Origin: a virus
Strand: one strand, 5' to 3'
Length of the DNA stretch: 64,000 nt
Virus record (IMG/VR): IMGVR_UViG_3300034520_000200
Span: 1-64,000 of that record
Shown here: positions 9,452 through 19,566 of the stretch, piece after piece
Layout of the letters: each line of letters starts with the position of its first letter
How positions within the stretch are numbered: the first letter of the stretch is position 1
Program-made: the position numbers and the translations under genes
The notes under the pieces: generated by a model
Databases searched by the model: none
What the model saw: only the letters and a program-made list of their open reading frames with translations
What the model was told of the DNA's origin: nothing

Positions 9452-10147
9452 ATGTCAGATGATTGCTTAATACAGCAACTTATGGATGAAGTTTATAATA
9501 AATGGAGAAAAAATGAATGTAAAGGTATGAGTAGACTTGAAGTAATTTCTAAATTCTTTACTCTAAGACACAAAGCAGCTGTTCAACTTGGAAATATGAA
9601 TTACCAAGTTGAGAATGGTGGTTGGTCTCAATGGGATATGAATGGATATTCAGAAGATATTGATGATTTGATTGAATATTGTAAAAAAGGAATTGCAATG
9701 AAAATTAAACATTTTGATAAACTACTTGAAATACTAAAAGATGTTAAAATGATTTTAGAAAATATGAAAATACACGAAGAAAATAGAGAATCTTTGGATG
9801 ACGACGAATATTATGATGGTGAAGAAGAATATGAAAGTTTGTCTAGATTAGATGATAAATATTATGAAATAGATCAGACTGAATTAATTGAATCGTTTGA
9901 CGAATTCTTGAAAAGGTTCGATGAAAAGACTGATGTTTCTGGTATAAAAGTTGAATCTACAATAAAACCTAAAGTAAAATTGATCGGCGAAAATGGGAAT
10001 GTCTTTAATATTATAGGTAAGGTGTCAAAAGCTCTTAAACAAGCTGGTCAAAAGAATAAAGCAGGAGAATTTGAAGAAAAAGCATTAAATGCTAAAAGCT
10101 ATATGGAAGTTCTTTGTTTAGTTGCTGAATATGTCGATATTTTATAA
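9452..10147 (+). CDS. DMP19/DUF4375-like protein with an extra C-terminal domain
   Basis: QVENGGWSQW..N motif, acidic; C-terminal KVKLIGENGNVFNIIG module. Confidence 0.55.
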   Translation: MSDDCLIQQLMDEVYNKWRKNECKGMSRLEVISKFFTLRHKAAVQLGNMNYQVENGGWSQWDMNGYSEDIDDLIEYCKKGIAMKIKHFDKLLEILKDVKMILENMKIHEENRESLDDDEYYDGEEEYESLSRLDDKYYEIDQTELIESFDEFLKRFDEKTDVSGIKVESTIKPKVKLIGENGNVFNIIGKVSKALKQAGQKNKAGEFEEKALNAKSYMEVLCLVAEYVDIL

Positions 10148-10186
10148 TAAAAATAAGTTAAAATTTTAGATGAGGAGGTTATAAGA

Positions 10187-10639
10187 ATGGTTGATGTTAC
10201 TATAAGATATCCAGATGCAAATGTAGATATTTCATGTGTTACAATAGATGATCGAGAGGATATTGAATCTGTATATTTCGTATTGAATAATAAAGACAAA
10301 CAATTTGTAGTATTAAAACGTTTTAACAAGAAGTATAAAGACTCTAACGAAGGAGCTTATCGAATAGAATTAGAAGAAGAAGAAATAATAATTAATAAGA
10401 CTTATATATTTCAAATAAGTAAATCTTGTTATTCTAAAAATGATTTGATAAAAGATATTGAAGAACATAACAAGAAATATGACAGATTTGTTGAGCTTCT
10501 TAAAAATCTAGAAGTCCAAGAACTTAAGACTTTGGCTGAAAAAGAACATTTTACTTATGATGTAGCTTTAGAAAAAATGGGATATACAAATGATATTCTT
10601 AAAGAATACGTTGAACTTTGGGAATATTTTGTATATTAA
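10187..10639 (+). CDS. hypothetical protein
   Basis: GAGGAGG RBS. Confidence 0.7.
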   Translation: MVDVTIRYPDANVDISCVTIDDREDIESVYFVLNNKDKQFVVLKRFNKKYKDSNEGAYRIELEEEEIIINKTYIFQISKSCYSKNDLIKDIEEHNKKYDRFVELLKNLEVQELKTLAEKEHFTYDVALEKMGYTNDILKEYVELWEYFVY

Positions 10640-10654
10640 AGGAGGGATAATGAA

Positions 10655-10960
10655 ATGTTTGACTTGCATAAAGTTTTAGATACATTAGCTAATGATTTTT
10701 TTAATAATGATAATGAAGCTCTAACTGCAGTTAGTTTTGATGGAGGAAAAAGGTTCTCAAAATGTTCAATTAGAGTTGAAGATAGACATATTACAATTAG
10801 AATATTCGAAGATTCACATGATGATAGTAATATAATTATGATATTAATCGACAAAATCGATTCAGTAACAATACACAGTATAGGTCGTTTAGAATTAAAT
10901 TTAACAGATAATATTTTTGGAAATGAAAAAATTGTCTTATATAAAATGGAGTCGATATAG
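10655..10960 (+). CDS. hypothetical protein
   Basis: AGGAGG RBS. Confidence 0.7.
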   Translation: MFDLHKVLDTLANDFFNNDNEALTAVSFDGGKRFSKCSIRVEDRHITIRIFEDSHDDSNIIMILIDKIDSVTIHSIGRLELNLTDNIFGNEKIVLYKMESI

Positions 10961-11089
10961 TATTATTACTACCCATCCAATATCTATAAATATACATTCT
11001 CTATATTAACAGTATCATACATACAAAATAAACTAGCTTGATTTAAAGTTCCTTGATCGTATCCTGTAGTACTATCTTTAATTAGAATA

Positions 11090-11118
11090 AAATAAGCCTG
11101 TAAGGGCTTATTTTTTTT
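11090..11118 (+). terminator. intrinsic terminator
   Basis: AAATAAGCC-tgtaag-GGCTTATTT followed by T run. Confidence 0.75.
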
Positions 11119-11376
11119 GTTTAAGTAAATTCTATATTGTGCTTCTATTTTAAATTCTAAGCCTATTAAATATGGTATAAATATTTTTATATTAAAATTT
11201 AATTTAAGAAGCTATAGAGACGTATTAGAAAATCTAAAATTTATCTTAAATTCTATATATTTATTATTTTTATTAAAGAAAAATTGTTTTTTAGAAGTTA
11301 TTTATTTTTTGATATTTTGATGTTATAATATAATTGATAAAATAAATGGATAATTCAATGAAATGGAGGATAATAA

Positions 11377-12003
11377 ATGAGAGAAGTAACAAAAGTGTAT
11401 AAAATCTATAAGTTCGATGAACTTGAACCAAAAGCTAAAGAAAAAGCAATAGATGAAGTAAGAAATATGAAATATGATTTTATTGATGAAACATTATCGA
11501 ATGTACTTAGAGAAGAATTAGAAAAATATGGATATCCAACTAATGATTTAAGATATAGTCTAAATAATCAGCAAGGAGATGGAGTAGCATTTTATGGAAA
11601 TTTATATGAAGAAAATATTTTAAAGATATTAGAAAGGTTGAAACTTGAAGAACTTTATAAAAAATATAAATTGTTTCAAGTTTTCAATGTAACAAGATTT
11701 TTTACTTTTGATATTGAGAAAAACAGAGATTTTTACCGATATGACCATTTTAATACAATGATTGTTAGACTACGTATACATTATTCAATAATTTATGACG
11801 GTAATAATATTTATAAGAGAATAACTAACATATTTGAACAGATACAAAATGTGATTCAAGACGATGTAAAATATGTAAGTAAAAAACTTGAAAGTTTAGG
11901 ATATAAAATAATTGATGATGAATTAAGTGATGAAAGAATAATACAAGATATAAAAGATAATGATTATGAATTTTATTCAAATGGATTGATATATAAAGAA
12001 TAA
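11377..12003 (+). CDS. conserved phage-type hypothetical protein
   Basis: YKFDEL..KAKEKA...QGDGVAF...YEFYSNG pattern; own conserved promoter. Confidence 0.7.
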   Translation: MREVTKVYKIYKFDELEPKAKEKAIDEVRNMKYDFIDETLSNVLREELEKYGYPTNDLRYSLNNQQGDGVAFYGNLYEENILKILERLKLEELYKKYKLFQVFNVTRFFTFDIEKNRDFYRYDHFNTMIVRLRIHYSIIYDGNNIYKRITNIFEQIQNVIQDDVKYVSKKLESLGYKIIDDELSDERIIQDIKDNDYEFYSNGLIYKE

Positions 12004-12253
12004 TATTATTCTTTTTTTTACTATTTTTAAGAGTACTTAACTATAAATTATTTTATTTTTTACGTTTTTTAGTAATTTCTTTTTAACACTCTAACGGGCT
12101 TCTATTTAATTCTTTTTGTTATTTTAATATAATTATATATATAAATAAAAATGATTACTTTTAGATTAAAATAGAAGCTCATAAAAAGAATTAAATAATA
12201 AAAAAAAGAAAGCCTTATAGGCTTAATCTTTAATAAAATATTCTTTATTCATT

Positions 12254-12676
12254 TTATACTATTCCTTCATCTATACATTCTTTAAGAAATTCTTTAAGAC
12301 GTGGAAATGATTTTTCATATTTATTGGATTCTCTTTCTTCTTTCCATATTTCTTCTAGTCCAAGAAGTTTAAATATTTCTTTTTCCCATTCTTTAGGCAT
12401 TTTTACTAGTTGTTCGCCAGAAATATAACATAAATGAAGATAATTACTCCATATTTCTTTAATTTTCGGATTTATTTCTATATATTCATATATTGATAAT
12501 TCACATATTGTATGATCTGTCAAAACAACTTTAAATGATGTATAACTTGTTGGTTCAATTCCAGTCCAATGATATGGATAAAGTTCTTCAACTAATGTTG
12601 GATCAGCTTCTATCATTTTTTGTTTTACATGTTCTGGTAGTTTCTCAATATCTTTAGCATCAAATCTGAAAGCCAT
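12254..12676 (-). CDS. hypothetical protein (last gene of the - arm)
   Basis: GGGAGG RBS; followed by AAGCC/GGCTT hairpin with an A run on + (~12200-12225). Confidence 0.7.
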   Translation of the reverse strand: MAFRFDAKDIEKLPEHVKQKMIEADPTLVEELYPYHWTGIEPTSYTSFKVVLTDHTICELSIYEYIEINPKIKEIWSNYLHLCYISGEQLVKMPKEWEKEIFKLLGLEEIWKEERESNKYEKSFPRLKEFLKECIDEGIV

Positions 12677-12716
12677 TTTAAGCCTCCCGAATTTTTAGTG
12701 AGAGGAATAGGAAAGA

Positions 12717-13232
12717 TTAAAAATTAGTCTTCCCTATTCCAGTTATTACTGCATCATAGTCTTTGCTATATACTATACAATCAATTTTATTAGTTTCTGC
12801 TTCGTTTTTCAAAACTTCAATAATATCTTCGACTGTTTTTACATTGTTTAATGGGTTTTCAAGATTATCACGAATTTGATTTGCATTTACAACTGTTAAT
12901 CCGTCATTTTCATCATAAACAACTACTAAATATCTTTCTAACTCTGTATCTTCCAAAATTGCAATTGGAATTTCGTCTTTGTAAAAATTAATTTTATCAA
13001 TCTTCTTTGATGGTCTCATTCTAAAATCTCTAACTGCATCATTTAATGTTGCAAAGTAATGTCCGAGTATTGGTTCTCCATTTCTGCTTATTATCCAAGT
13101 TACATACGGAGTGAGAGAATTGTTTGGTTTTAAAGCTATGATATATGTTATGTCATCGACTATTTTTGAATCAATCACAATTGCTCCATTATTTAAAGTA
13201 ACACCTCTGTCAATAATTTCATTTTCTGCCAT
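12717..13232 (-). CDS. hypothetical protein
   Basis: AAGGAGG RBS; PYVTW...GHYF motif; boxA-like motif in leader. Confidence 0.75.
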   Translation of the reverse strand: MAENEIIDRGVTLNNGAIVIDSKIVDDITYIIALKPNNSLTPYVTWIISRNGEPILGHYFATLNDAVRDFRMRPSKKIDKINFYKDEIPIAILEDTELERYLVVVYDENDGLTVVNANQIRDNLENPLNNVKTVEDIIEVLKNEAETNKIDCIVYSKDYDAVITGIGKTNF

Positions 13233-13298
13233 TATTGAATCCTCCTTTTATTTTATTTTCAAGGTTCAATAAATCGAATAATACAAAAATGGAGGGGT

Positions 13299-13706
13299 TT
13301 AGATTACCCCTCTTACTAATAGCCTCTTTTTTTCTTGTTCTTTAAAATTCTCCAAAGAAGCTTTTACTATATCTTTTATATGGTCTGCTGTTTGAGTTTC
13401 ATATTTATATCTTACTGTTCCCAAATGTTCATTGTAAGCTTCTTGTCTTGTGTAATATTTCATCCCTGGAAGTTTTGCCAATTCTTCTGGAAGTTCAGTA
13501 TTAATTTCAAGGACAATTTCGCCTGCAGAATAGACCAATTTAAGAAGACGTACATTCCCCTTAAAGTAAGAATATCCCGTCGTTATTGGTCTTTCTACAA
13601 AACCTTTGTTTTTGAGGACCATTGACCGAATAACTTTTAAAGACTTATCAAATTCATTGACAAACTCCTTTTCTTCAGGCTGTTTCTTAATCTTTTTAAC
13701 GGGCAT
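13299..13706 (-). CDS. H(L/M)GT-family paralog 2
   Basis: RLLKLV..VLEIN..EAYNEHLGT. Confidence 0.75.
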   Translation of the reverse strand: MPVKKIKKQPEEKEFVNEFDKSLKVIRSMVLKNKGFVERPITTGYSYFKGNVRLLKLVYSAGEIVLEINTELPEELAKLPGMKYYTRQEAYNEHLGTVRYKYETQTADHIKDIVKASLENFKEQEKKRLLVRGVI

Positions 13707-13867
13707 CTTTTACTTACCTCCTTTCTTTAGATTTTAATTTTTCCTTTGATTATATATTACCATAATTTATTCTAAAAGTAAATACAGTAGAAAACAAATG
13801 GTGTCTCTTTTTTTAACATTTTTCAAATAAAAAAAGAGAAAGGAAAATTTTTTTTTATATTTAATCT

Positions 13868-14263
13868 TTAATCTGAAGAATCAACAGAAAATGTCAATCC
13901 ACATTTCTTACAAGTATAAGTATGTATGAATCTTTCATGACTTTCTTCAGTATATTCATGTTTACATCCAATTTTAAAGACTTTTATTTCATCATTTCCC
14001 ATATCTACTACAGCGTAAGCTACATCAAAAAAGAAAAATATCCACGTATTATAGATTCTACTGCAAGGGTCTTTAGTATTAATATATACTTGTCTAAAAT
14101 CAATATATTTTGGTGAGAATGAAAAAATCTTTCTCCAAAAATTTTTGATATTACTTTCTTCAAAGGGTTCTGGTAATTCATTGTAGTTGTTGAATTTTTC
14201 AATATACTTAAACTCGTCTTTAAATTTACTACGATCGTCTGCAATTGAATTTACTTTATACAT
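13868..14263 (-). CDS. hypothetical protein with C-terminal Zn ribbon
   Basis: GCKH...CKKCG; likely start is the ATG after GGAGGTG. Confidence 0.7.
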   Translation of the reverse strand: MYKVNSIADDRSKFKDEFKYIEKFNNYNELPEPFEESNIKNFWRKIFSFSPKYIDFRQVYINTKDPCSRIYNTWIFFFFDVAYAVVDMGNDEIKVFKIGCKHEYTEESHERFIHTYTCKKCGLTFSVDSSD

Positions 14264-14324
14264 ATCATCACCTCCTTCCAAGATGAATTTTAGAAACTAT
14301 AAAAGTGGCTGCTCCTAAAAACAA

Positions 14325-14963
14325 TTATTGATTAACTTCTACTGTCTGTATATTTTCTGTTTGATTTTCTTCTTTACGATCTTCTACTTTCACAGGTAAC
14401 GTTTCTACAGGAGCTTGGGCTGCAATTTCAATTTTGCCCTTCTTCTTTTTATATTCATTAAGCCGATCTAAATCTTCTTGAGTCATCTTTCTTGTTACAA
14501 CTTCTGAAGCAGCAACTGAAGCTTTTTTATTCTTCTTATTGAGTTTGGATTTTCCAGACTTTTGGATAGTCTTAGAAGTTGAAGCTTCTTTCTTTTCTTC
14601 ACCCTTCCGATTTACCATATCTTGGAAATTCTTCCAAGCCTCATGAAGAGCTTCTTTTACTTCTGCTTCGTCATTGCTCTTCAGAATGTGGACTAAAGTT
14701 CCAAGGTGTTTCTTAGACGCTTCTACTTTCGAGAATGTTTGAAGATTTGGACCAAGTTTTTTAATCGTTGTATCAGATAATTTCACGTTCAATTCTAAAT
14801 ATACTCCTTCTTTTCCTGTCTTAACTAATTTGCAAAACCTATCACTTCCGCTGAAGAAACTATTCCCTGTGGTATTTTCTTTCATTGAAAGTCTGTCTTT
14901 CACTAAATTCTTGATTTCCTTCAAAGTCTTATCAAACCCAAACTTTTCTTTATTTTCTGCCAT
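14325..14963 (-). CDS. H(L/M)GT-family paralog 3 with charged C-terminal tail
   Basis: RFCKLVK..YLELNV..EASKKHLGT; close paralog of 21097-21570. Confidence 0.8.
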   Translation of the reverse strand: MAENKEKFGFDKTLKEIKNLVKDRLSMKENTTGNSFFSGSDRFCKLVKTGKEGVYLELNVKLSDTTIKKLGPNLQTFSKVEASKKHLGTLVHILKSNDEAEVKEALHEAWKNFQDMVNRKGEEKKEASTSKTIQKSGKSKLNKKNKKASVAASEVVTRKMTQEDLDRLNEYKKKKGKIEIAAQAPVETLPVKVEDRKEENQTENIQTVEVNQ

Positions 14964-15125
14964 TTTGGCTCCTCCTTTTTAAATTCAAATTTCTTTTCGG
15001 AGCAGCCACTTAAATTCTTTATTAAATTTTCAAGGTCCATTTTATTTTCAAATATATTATAAAATAAAGTTATCTGAAAGTAAATATATTCTACTGACTT
15101 TTTCAAACTTTTTTTTAAACTTATT

Positions 15126-15266
15126 TCATTCAATATAATCTTCTAAACATCTGTCTAACAAATAAGCTACTCCCACCACCCACAACGGAGAAGAAAACCA
15201 AATCACTGTCATTATTTTACTAAACAAAATAGCTTCTCTCCAATGATTTATAAGTTCTTTTATCAT
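15126..15266 (-). CDS. small membrane peptide (46 aa)
   Basis: AGGAGG RBS; hydrophobic IMTVIWFSSPLWVVGVAYLL. Confidence 0.55.
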   Translation of the reverse strand: MIKELINHWREAILFSKIMTVIWFSSPLWVVGVAYLLDRCLEDYIE

Positions 15267-15269
15267 TTT

Positions 15270-15506
15270 CTATCCTCCTATCTTTATTAATGACATTGAT
15301 TTATCTAATTTCAATTCTTCTTCACTTTTTATAAAATTTTCTATATGTTCTAAAATTCTTCTATTTTCTACAATTTCTCCTTGATGTTTAAGCCATCCTA
15401 AAAGATTCGAAATCAAAAATAGTTTTCCATCTGCATTCAAATTCATAAATCTTTTATATATTCTGTCATATCTTTCTTCTATACTTTCTTCCTTCTTTTC
15501 TACCAT
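15270..15506 (-). CDS. hypothetical protein
   Basis: AAGGAGGTG RBS and conserved promoter. Confidence 0.7.
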   Translation of the reverse strand: MVEKKEESIEERYDRIYKRFMNLNADGKLFLISNLLGWLKHQGEIVENRRILEHIENFIKSEEELKLDKSMSLIKIGG

Positions 15507-16662
15507 CTAAATTCACCTCCTTTTTTATTATCAATTTAATTATACCATTTAGTACTCATAAAGTAAATAAAAATGTTTCTATTTATTATCTTTTTCCTCT
15601 TCTCCCCTCTCTAGTGCAAAATAAAAAGAAATATTAAACAAAAACTAAACTCATAACATAAAACTTAAATTGTAATCTTAAGACTTGGAAGAATTTTCCA
15701 AGTAGTATAAGTCAAGTATATATAAGTAAAAGTATAAAAAGAATTTCTTTTTAAAAAAGCTCTCTTAAAAAAACTTAAAAAGACTTTCTTTCTTTGGCTA
15801 TATATATAAGTACTAATAAACTTAAAAACATTAAAATTAAATTGAAACAATTATTTTAAGTAAATTAAGAACTAAAAACGAAAAATGAAAGGATATAAAA
15901 GGCTCTAAGGCTTAAAAAGCTAGATAGAAATGAAACTACACTGGGTATATTAATCGAGAGAAGGGCTGGAAGGGGAATGGAGGGCGGAGGGAGGGGGACG
16001 CGAGCTCTACACAGGCCCTCCAGAGCGCTTCTACCCACTATTTTTTGCTTTTGGAGCACTTCTCCACTCTCCAAAAATTTTCCAGTTTGTAACAAGTCTC
16101 TCGAAAGCTGGCTTAAGTATTCAAAATGAACAAAAGAATGTTATTTAGAATACTTCTGAAGCTTCTAAGCAGCCTTCGAACTCACTCACTCTTATACCTT
16201 TGGAGTACTTTAGGGTATTGAAGTGGTCTGAAGAAGCACAGAAGAGTACTTCAGAATAGGGCTCTTTTTTTCTGAAGCAAATTTTAAGAACTCAACACTT
16301 TATCCTCCCTATATATAAGGGTGCATGCCTTCGAAAGGGCTCTGAAAGAACAGAAGAGCACATCAGAAATGCTGTAATTCACTTTGGTACTTTTCTTTTT
16401 GGCTGTTGCGCTCTTCTTTTTCAGAGGCTTTTAAGGGCTTAAGAAGCGAAGTTGAGTGCTCTCATATGACAGCTCGCCACAGTCATCTACACAGGGTCGG
16501 GTACCCTTTTTCCGCGGGTTTTTCTCGAAAAACTCTTCTAATCACGCGATTCCACGGCTCATGAATTTTAGGGCTTGGAGGGCTCTTCAGAAGGGGCTCT
16601 GAAGACAATTGTAGGGCTCTTCTATTTTGTAATATGTCAGTTGGAGATTGAGTAATGGTTCT

Positions 16663-17296
16663 AGAGTGAGGAAGAAGTATTTTGCAGAATTAGTAAAAAT
16701 TTCGAAAGTGCAGACTGATTTTGCTACGTAAGATTCGAAAAAGAGCTGAGTTCAAACACCCCTATATATAATAGGGAGGTGAAGACTTGAAAACTGACTG
16801 TAGCGGGTTGTAGCGCTCTTCTGTTAAAAAAAGAAATTTATACATATTCATTACAACTAGGACACCAAGCCCAATCTAAACTACAACCACATATTGGGCA
16901 ATAGATGTAGTTCATGTCACTTTTAATTTTTGGAAAGTATTTTGTCTTCCAAATTTCAATTAATTTTTTTCTACTGATATGTTTTTCATTTTTCTTCATA
17001 TCTTGAATTTCGTTTTTGAAAGCTTCAATAGCTTCCGAACCAGTCATTTTATTAACCTCCTTTTTATTTTTATTATATCAAAAAGTTATCTTTAAGTAAA
17101 TAAAAAAGTTTCTTAAAGTTATGTGAAAGAGTGAGGAAGAACGAGGAAGCAAAAATTACAAATTTTGAGTAAGATTTTATGAAAATGATTATTTAAGATT
17201 CTAAAAATTATTGTGTTCGACTCCTCCTATATATAATAGGGAGGTGCACATTTGAAAATCGACTGTAGTTGTCTGTAGTGGTATGTAAAAAAAAGA
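16663..17296 (+). repeat. degenerate ~170-bp direct repeat, offset 465 bp, flanking the 16838-17047 cassette
   Basis: AGAGTGAGGAAGAA at 16663/17128 and CCTATATATAATAGGGAGGTG...TTGAAAA..GACTGTAG at 16761/17226. Confidence 0.8.
16838..17047 (-). CDS. small Zn-ribbon protein
   Basis: CPICG...CPSC; own promoter and RBS. Confidence 0.7.
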   Translation of the reverse strand: MTGSEAIEAFKNEIQDMKKNEKHISRKKLIEIWKTKYFPKIKSDMNYIYCPICGCSLDWAWCPSCNEYV

Positions 17297-17303
17297 AGGG
17301 TAA

Positions 17304-17555
17304 TTAAGCCCTTCCATCTAAACCACAATAGATACAGTAACTATCTTCATTAAATTCGCAATGATGTGTTTCTAATTCTTTTGCATATTGAATTTTTTCA
17401 TCTATAAATCTTTTTAATTCTTCCATGTCTTGAATGAATTTATCATACCCATCGCATTCTTCTTTAGTTATGCATCCGAGTCTATAATATTGGTTTTGTC
17501 TTTTGTGATAAACAAATTTGTCATTTATAAGAGCTTTTATTTCTTTTATATTCAT
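17304..17555 (-). CDS. hypothetical protein
   Basis: AAGGAGG RBS; terminal HC...CIYC. Confidence 0.7.
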   Translation of the reverse strand: MNIKEIKALINDKFVYHKRQNQYYRLGCITKEECDGYDKFIQDMEELKRFIDEKIQYAKELETHHCEFNEDSYCIYCGLDGRA

Positions 17556-17567
17556 AATTTTACCTCC

Positions 17568-17870
17568 TTAAAACCAAGATGCAAATTGGGGACTTATGTT
17601 CTTGTCAAAATAATCATCGACAAGCTGCTTTGCAATTTTGTAGTTTTTCATACTACCTTTATGATAATGTCTGTTTTTGATTGCAGATTTTAATACATAT
17701 TTTGTTGGGTTTTTAAGTCCTTTCAATAGCATGTCATACACCCATTCACAGTAATATTCTTTTTCTTCTTTGTAGTAATTTATCCATTCTTTAGCAGCTG
17801 TAGGAGTTAAATAACCAAGACTTTCGCAAATAAGATGTCCCATTATTCTTCTGTATTTCTTTTCTTTCAT
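17568..17870 (-). CDS. hypothetical protein
   Basis: AAGGAGG RBS; CESLGY.TP motif. Confidence 0.7.
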   Translation of the reverse strand: MKEKKYRRIMGHLICESLGYLTPTAAKEWINYYKEEKEYYCEWVYDMLLKGLKNPTKYVLKSAIKNRHYHKGSMKNYKIAKQLVDDYFDKNISPQFASWF

Positions 17871-18128
17871 CTTTTTTCCTCCTTTTCATTTATAATACTT
17901 ATATTATACAGAATGTCACAAGAATCTAGTTCTTCAGCTTTTTTTAGTATTTCTTCGTCAGTCCCTATCATAGTTTGTTGTCCAATTATGTTCCACCATG
18001 TTATTCTTTTCATTACAACTTCCTCCTTTTTTATTTTTCAATTTAATTATACCATTTCGTAAGCTTATTGTAAATAAAAATGTTTCTAGATTGGGCTCTA
18101 CAAAATAAAAAAGAGGGAATAAATCCCT

Positions 18129-18425
18129 CTAAAATTCAAGTTCAATTTCTTCAAATTGTTCTTTTAGCCATTTAAGTACTTGTTCGAATGTAACATTTCC
18201 TTTAAATATAGTGAAATATAGATCTAATGGTTCATAGTGAAGTAACAATTCATCATACGGTTCTTCATCTTCTTTCCATTGATTTTCTTCCCATTCTTTT
18301 TTGGAATAGTAGATAAAGAATCCTGTTGTTTTATTATCTTTATTTAGTACAATAAATGTTCTAGCATTTTCATCACCTTGATTAAAAGATGTATATTCTT
18401 TGACTTTAAATTTTTTGGTTAACAT
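18129..18425 (-). CDS. hypothetical protein
   Basis: GAGGAGG RBS. Confidence 0.7.
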   Translation of the reverse strand: MLTKKFKVKEYTSFNQGDENARTFIVLNKDNKTTGFFIYYSKKEWEENQWKEDEEPYDELLLHYEPLDLYFTIFKGNVTFEQVLKWLKEQFEEIELEF

Positions 18426-18475
18426 TTTTAGTTCCTCCTCAAAAGTTTAATTTTAGAGATAGAAGAGGAGTATTT

Positions 18476-18823
18476 CTACTCCTCTACATTAAATCCTGCT
18501 TCTTTAAATCTTTCAATACTTAAATCTACTTGATAATGTCTTTTAACATAATCTATTGCATCTTTTTCAGTTGCAAAATAAAGATCTTCTATAATTTTAA
18601 TAGATTCAGGATTATTTAATAAAGCATTTTCTACGTAAATTGTTACATTCCACATTTCAGTCGGATTTGATTCTACGAATACTTTAGGAGCTGTAAGGCA
18701 TATAGTTTCTTGTCTTTCATATGGTCCTCTAAAAGCTCCTCTTTCAACTTTAATAGGGCATCCAGTTACCATTGAATTTGTCAACTTCCATTCTGACATA
18801 CTTTCTCTTTTTACCATTATCAT
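18476..18823 (-). CDS. hypothetical protein, paralog of 7959-8303
   Basis: shared motifs (see 7959); boxA-like motif in leader. Confidence 0.75.
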   Translation of the reverse strand: MIMVKRESMSEWKLTNSMVTGCPIKVERGAFRGPYERQETICLTAPKVFVESNPTEMWNVTIYVENALLNNPESIKIIEDLYFATEKDAIDYVKRHYQVDLSIERFKEAGFNVEE

Positions 18824-18960
18824 TTCCTCCTTCTATTATTTTTTCAAGGTCCATTTTATAATTTAATTTTATCATAAAGTTTGCATGAAGTAAATAAATA
18901 TGTTTCTTTTTGAATTAGTTTTGGGCTCTACCAGTGAAAAGCGGATGAAGAGGAGTATTT

Positions 18961-19566
18961 CTACTCCTCTTCATATTCTCCAGTTGCATCTACGTTATAT
19001 CCTTCATTTTCAAAAGCTTCTTCTAGATTTTTGAATCTTGAAGTATCTATTCCGAATTTATAAGTTAAGTAGTAGACGACTAAAACTAATTTGATTTGCA
19101 GTGCGAAGCCTAATAAGAATTTTGAATGGTCTGCAACATGATCATTTATTGTTTGTAAGATGTCGTAATGCGAATAAGGTGTACCGAATCCTGCATGTAA
19201 TGCTCCAATTTCTTCTGTAAGTGCTATTAATAAGTTATCAGCATCATTACTTGATACATATCTATAATCATCTTTGTTTACTAGTAACCTTTCTAGAATG
19301 TTCTTGTAATGCTGTTCATTGATTATTATGTCGTAGATTGCTAGTAGTTTGTGGTACCAGAAGAAGTTATATTGTTCTTCTTCAATTGTAGTACCGTCTT
19401 TGAATGTGAGTTTGTTTTCCTTATTGTAGTATGGATTTGGGTCGGTAAATAGTTCTTCAAGTTCTAACTTCTTATCTTGCTTTAGTTTTAGATCCAAGAA
19501 TTTGACCAGATACTTGATCAGTTCCTCCTTTTGAGAAGTGGTTAGAATTTGTTGGTTTTGAGTCAT
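18961..19566 (-). CDS. hypothetical protein
   Basis: AAGGAGG RBS; leader hairpin plus boxA-like motif. Confidence 0.75.
   Translation of the reverse strand: MTQNQQILTTSQKEELIKYLVKFLDLKLKQDKKLELEELFTDPNPYYNKENKLTFKDGTTIEEEQYNFFWYHKLLAIYDIIINEQHYKNILERLLVNKDDYRYVSSNDADNLLIALTEEIGALHAGFGTPYSHYDILQTINDHVADHSKFLLGFALQIKLVLVVYYLTYKFGIDTSRFKNLEEAFENEGYNVDATGEYEEE

Noticed and set aside
15865-16095. 76-aa - strand ORF in the GC-rich island
   Set aside because: No RBS; low-complexity translation of a purine run
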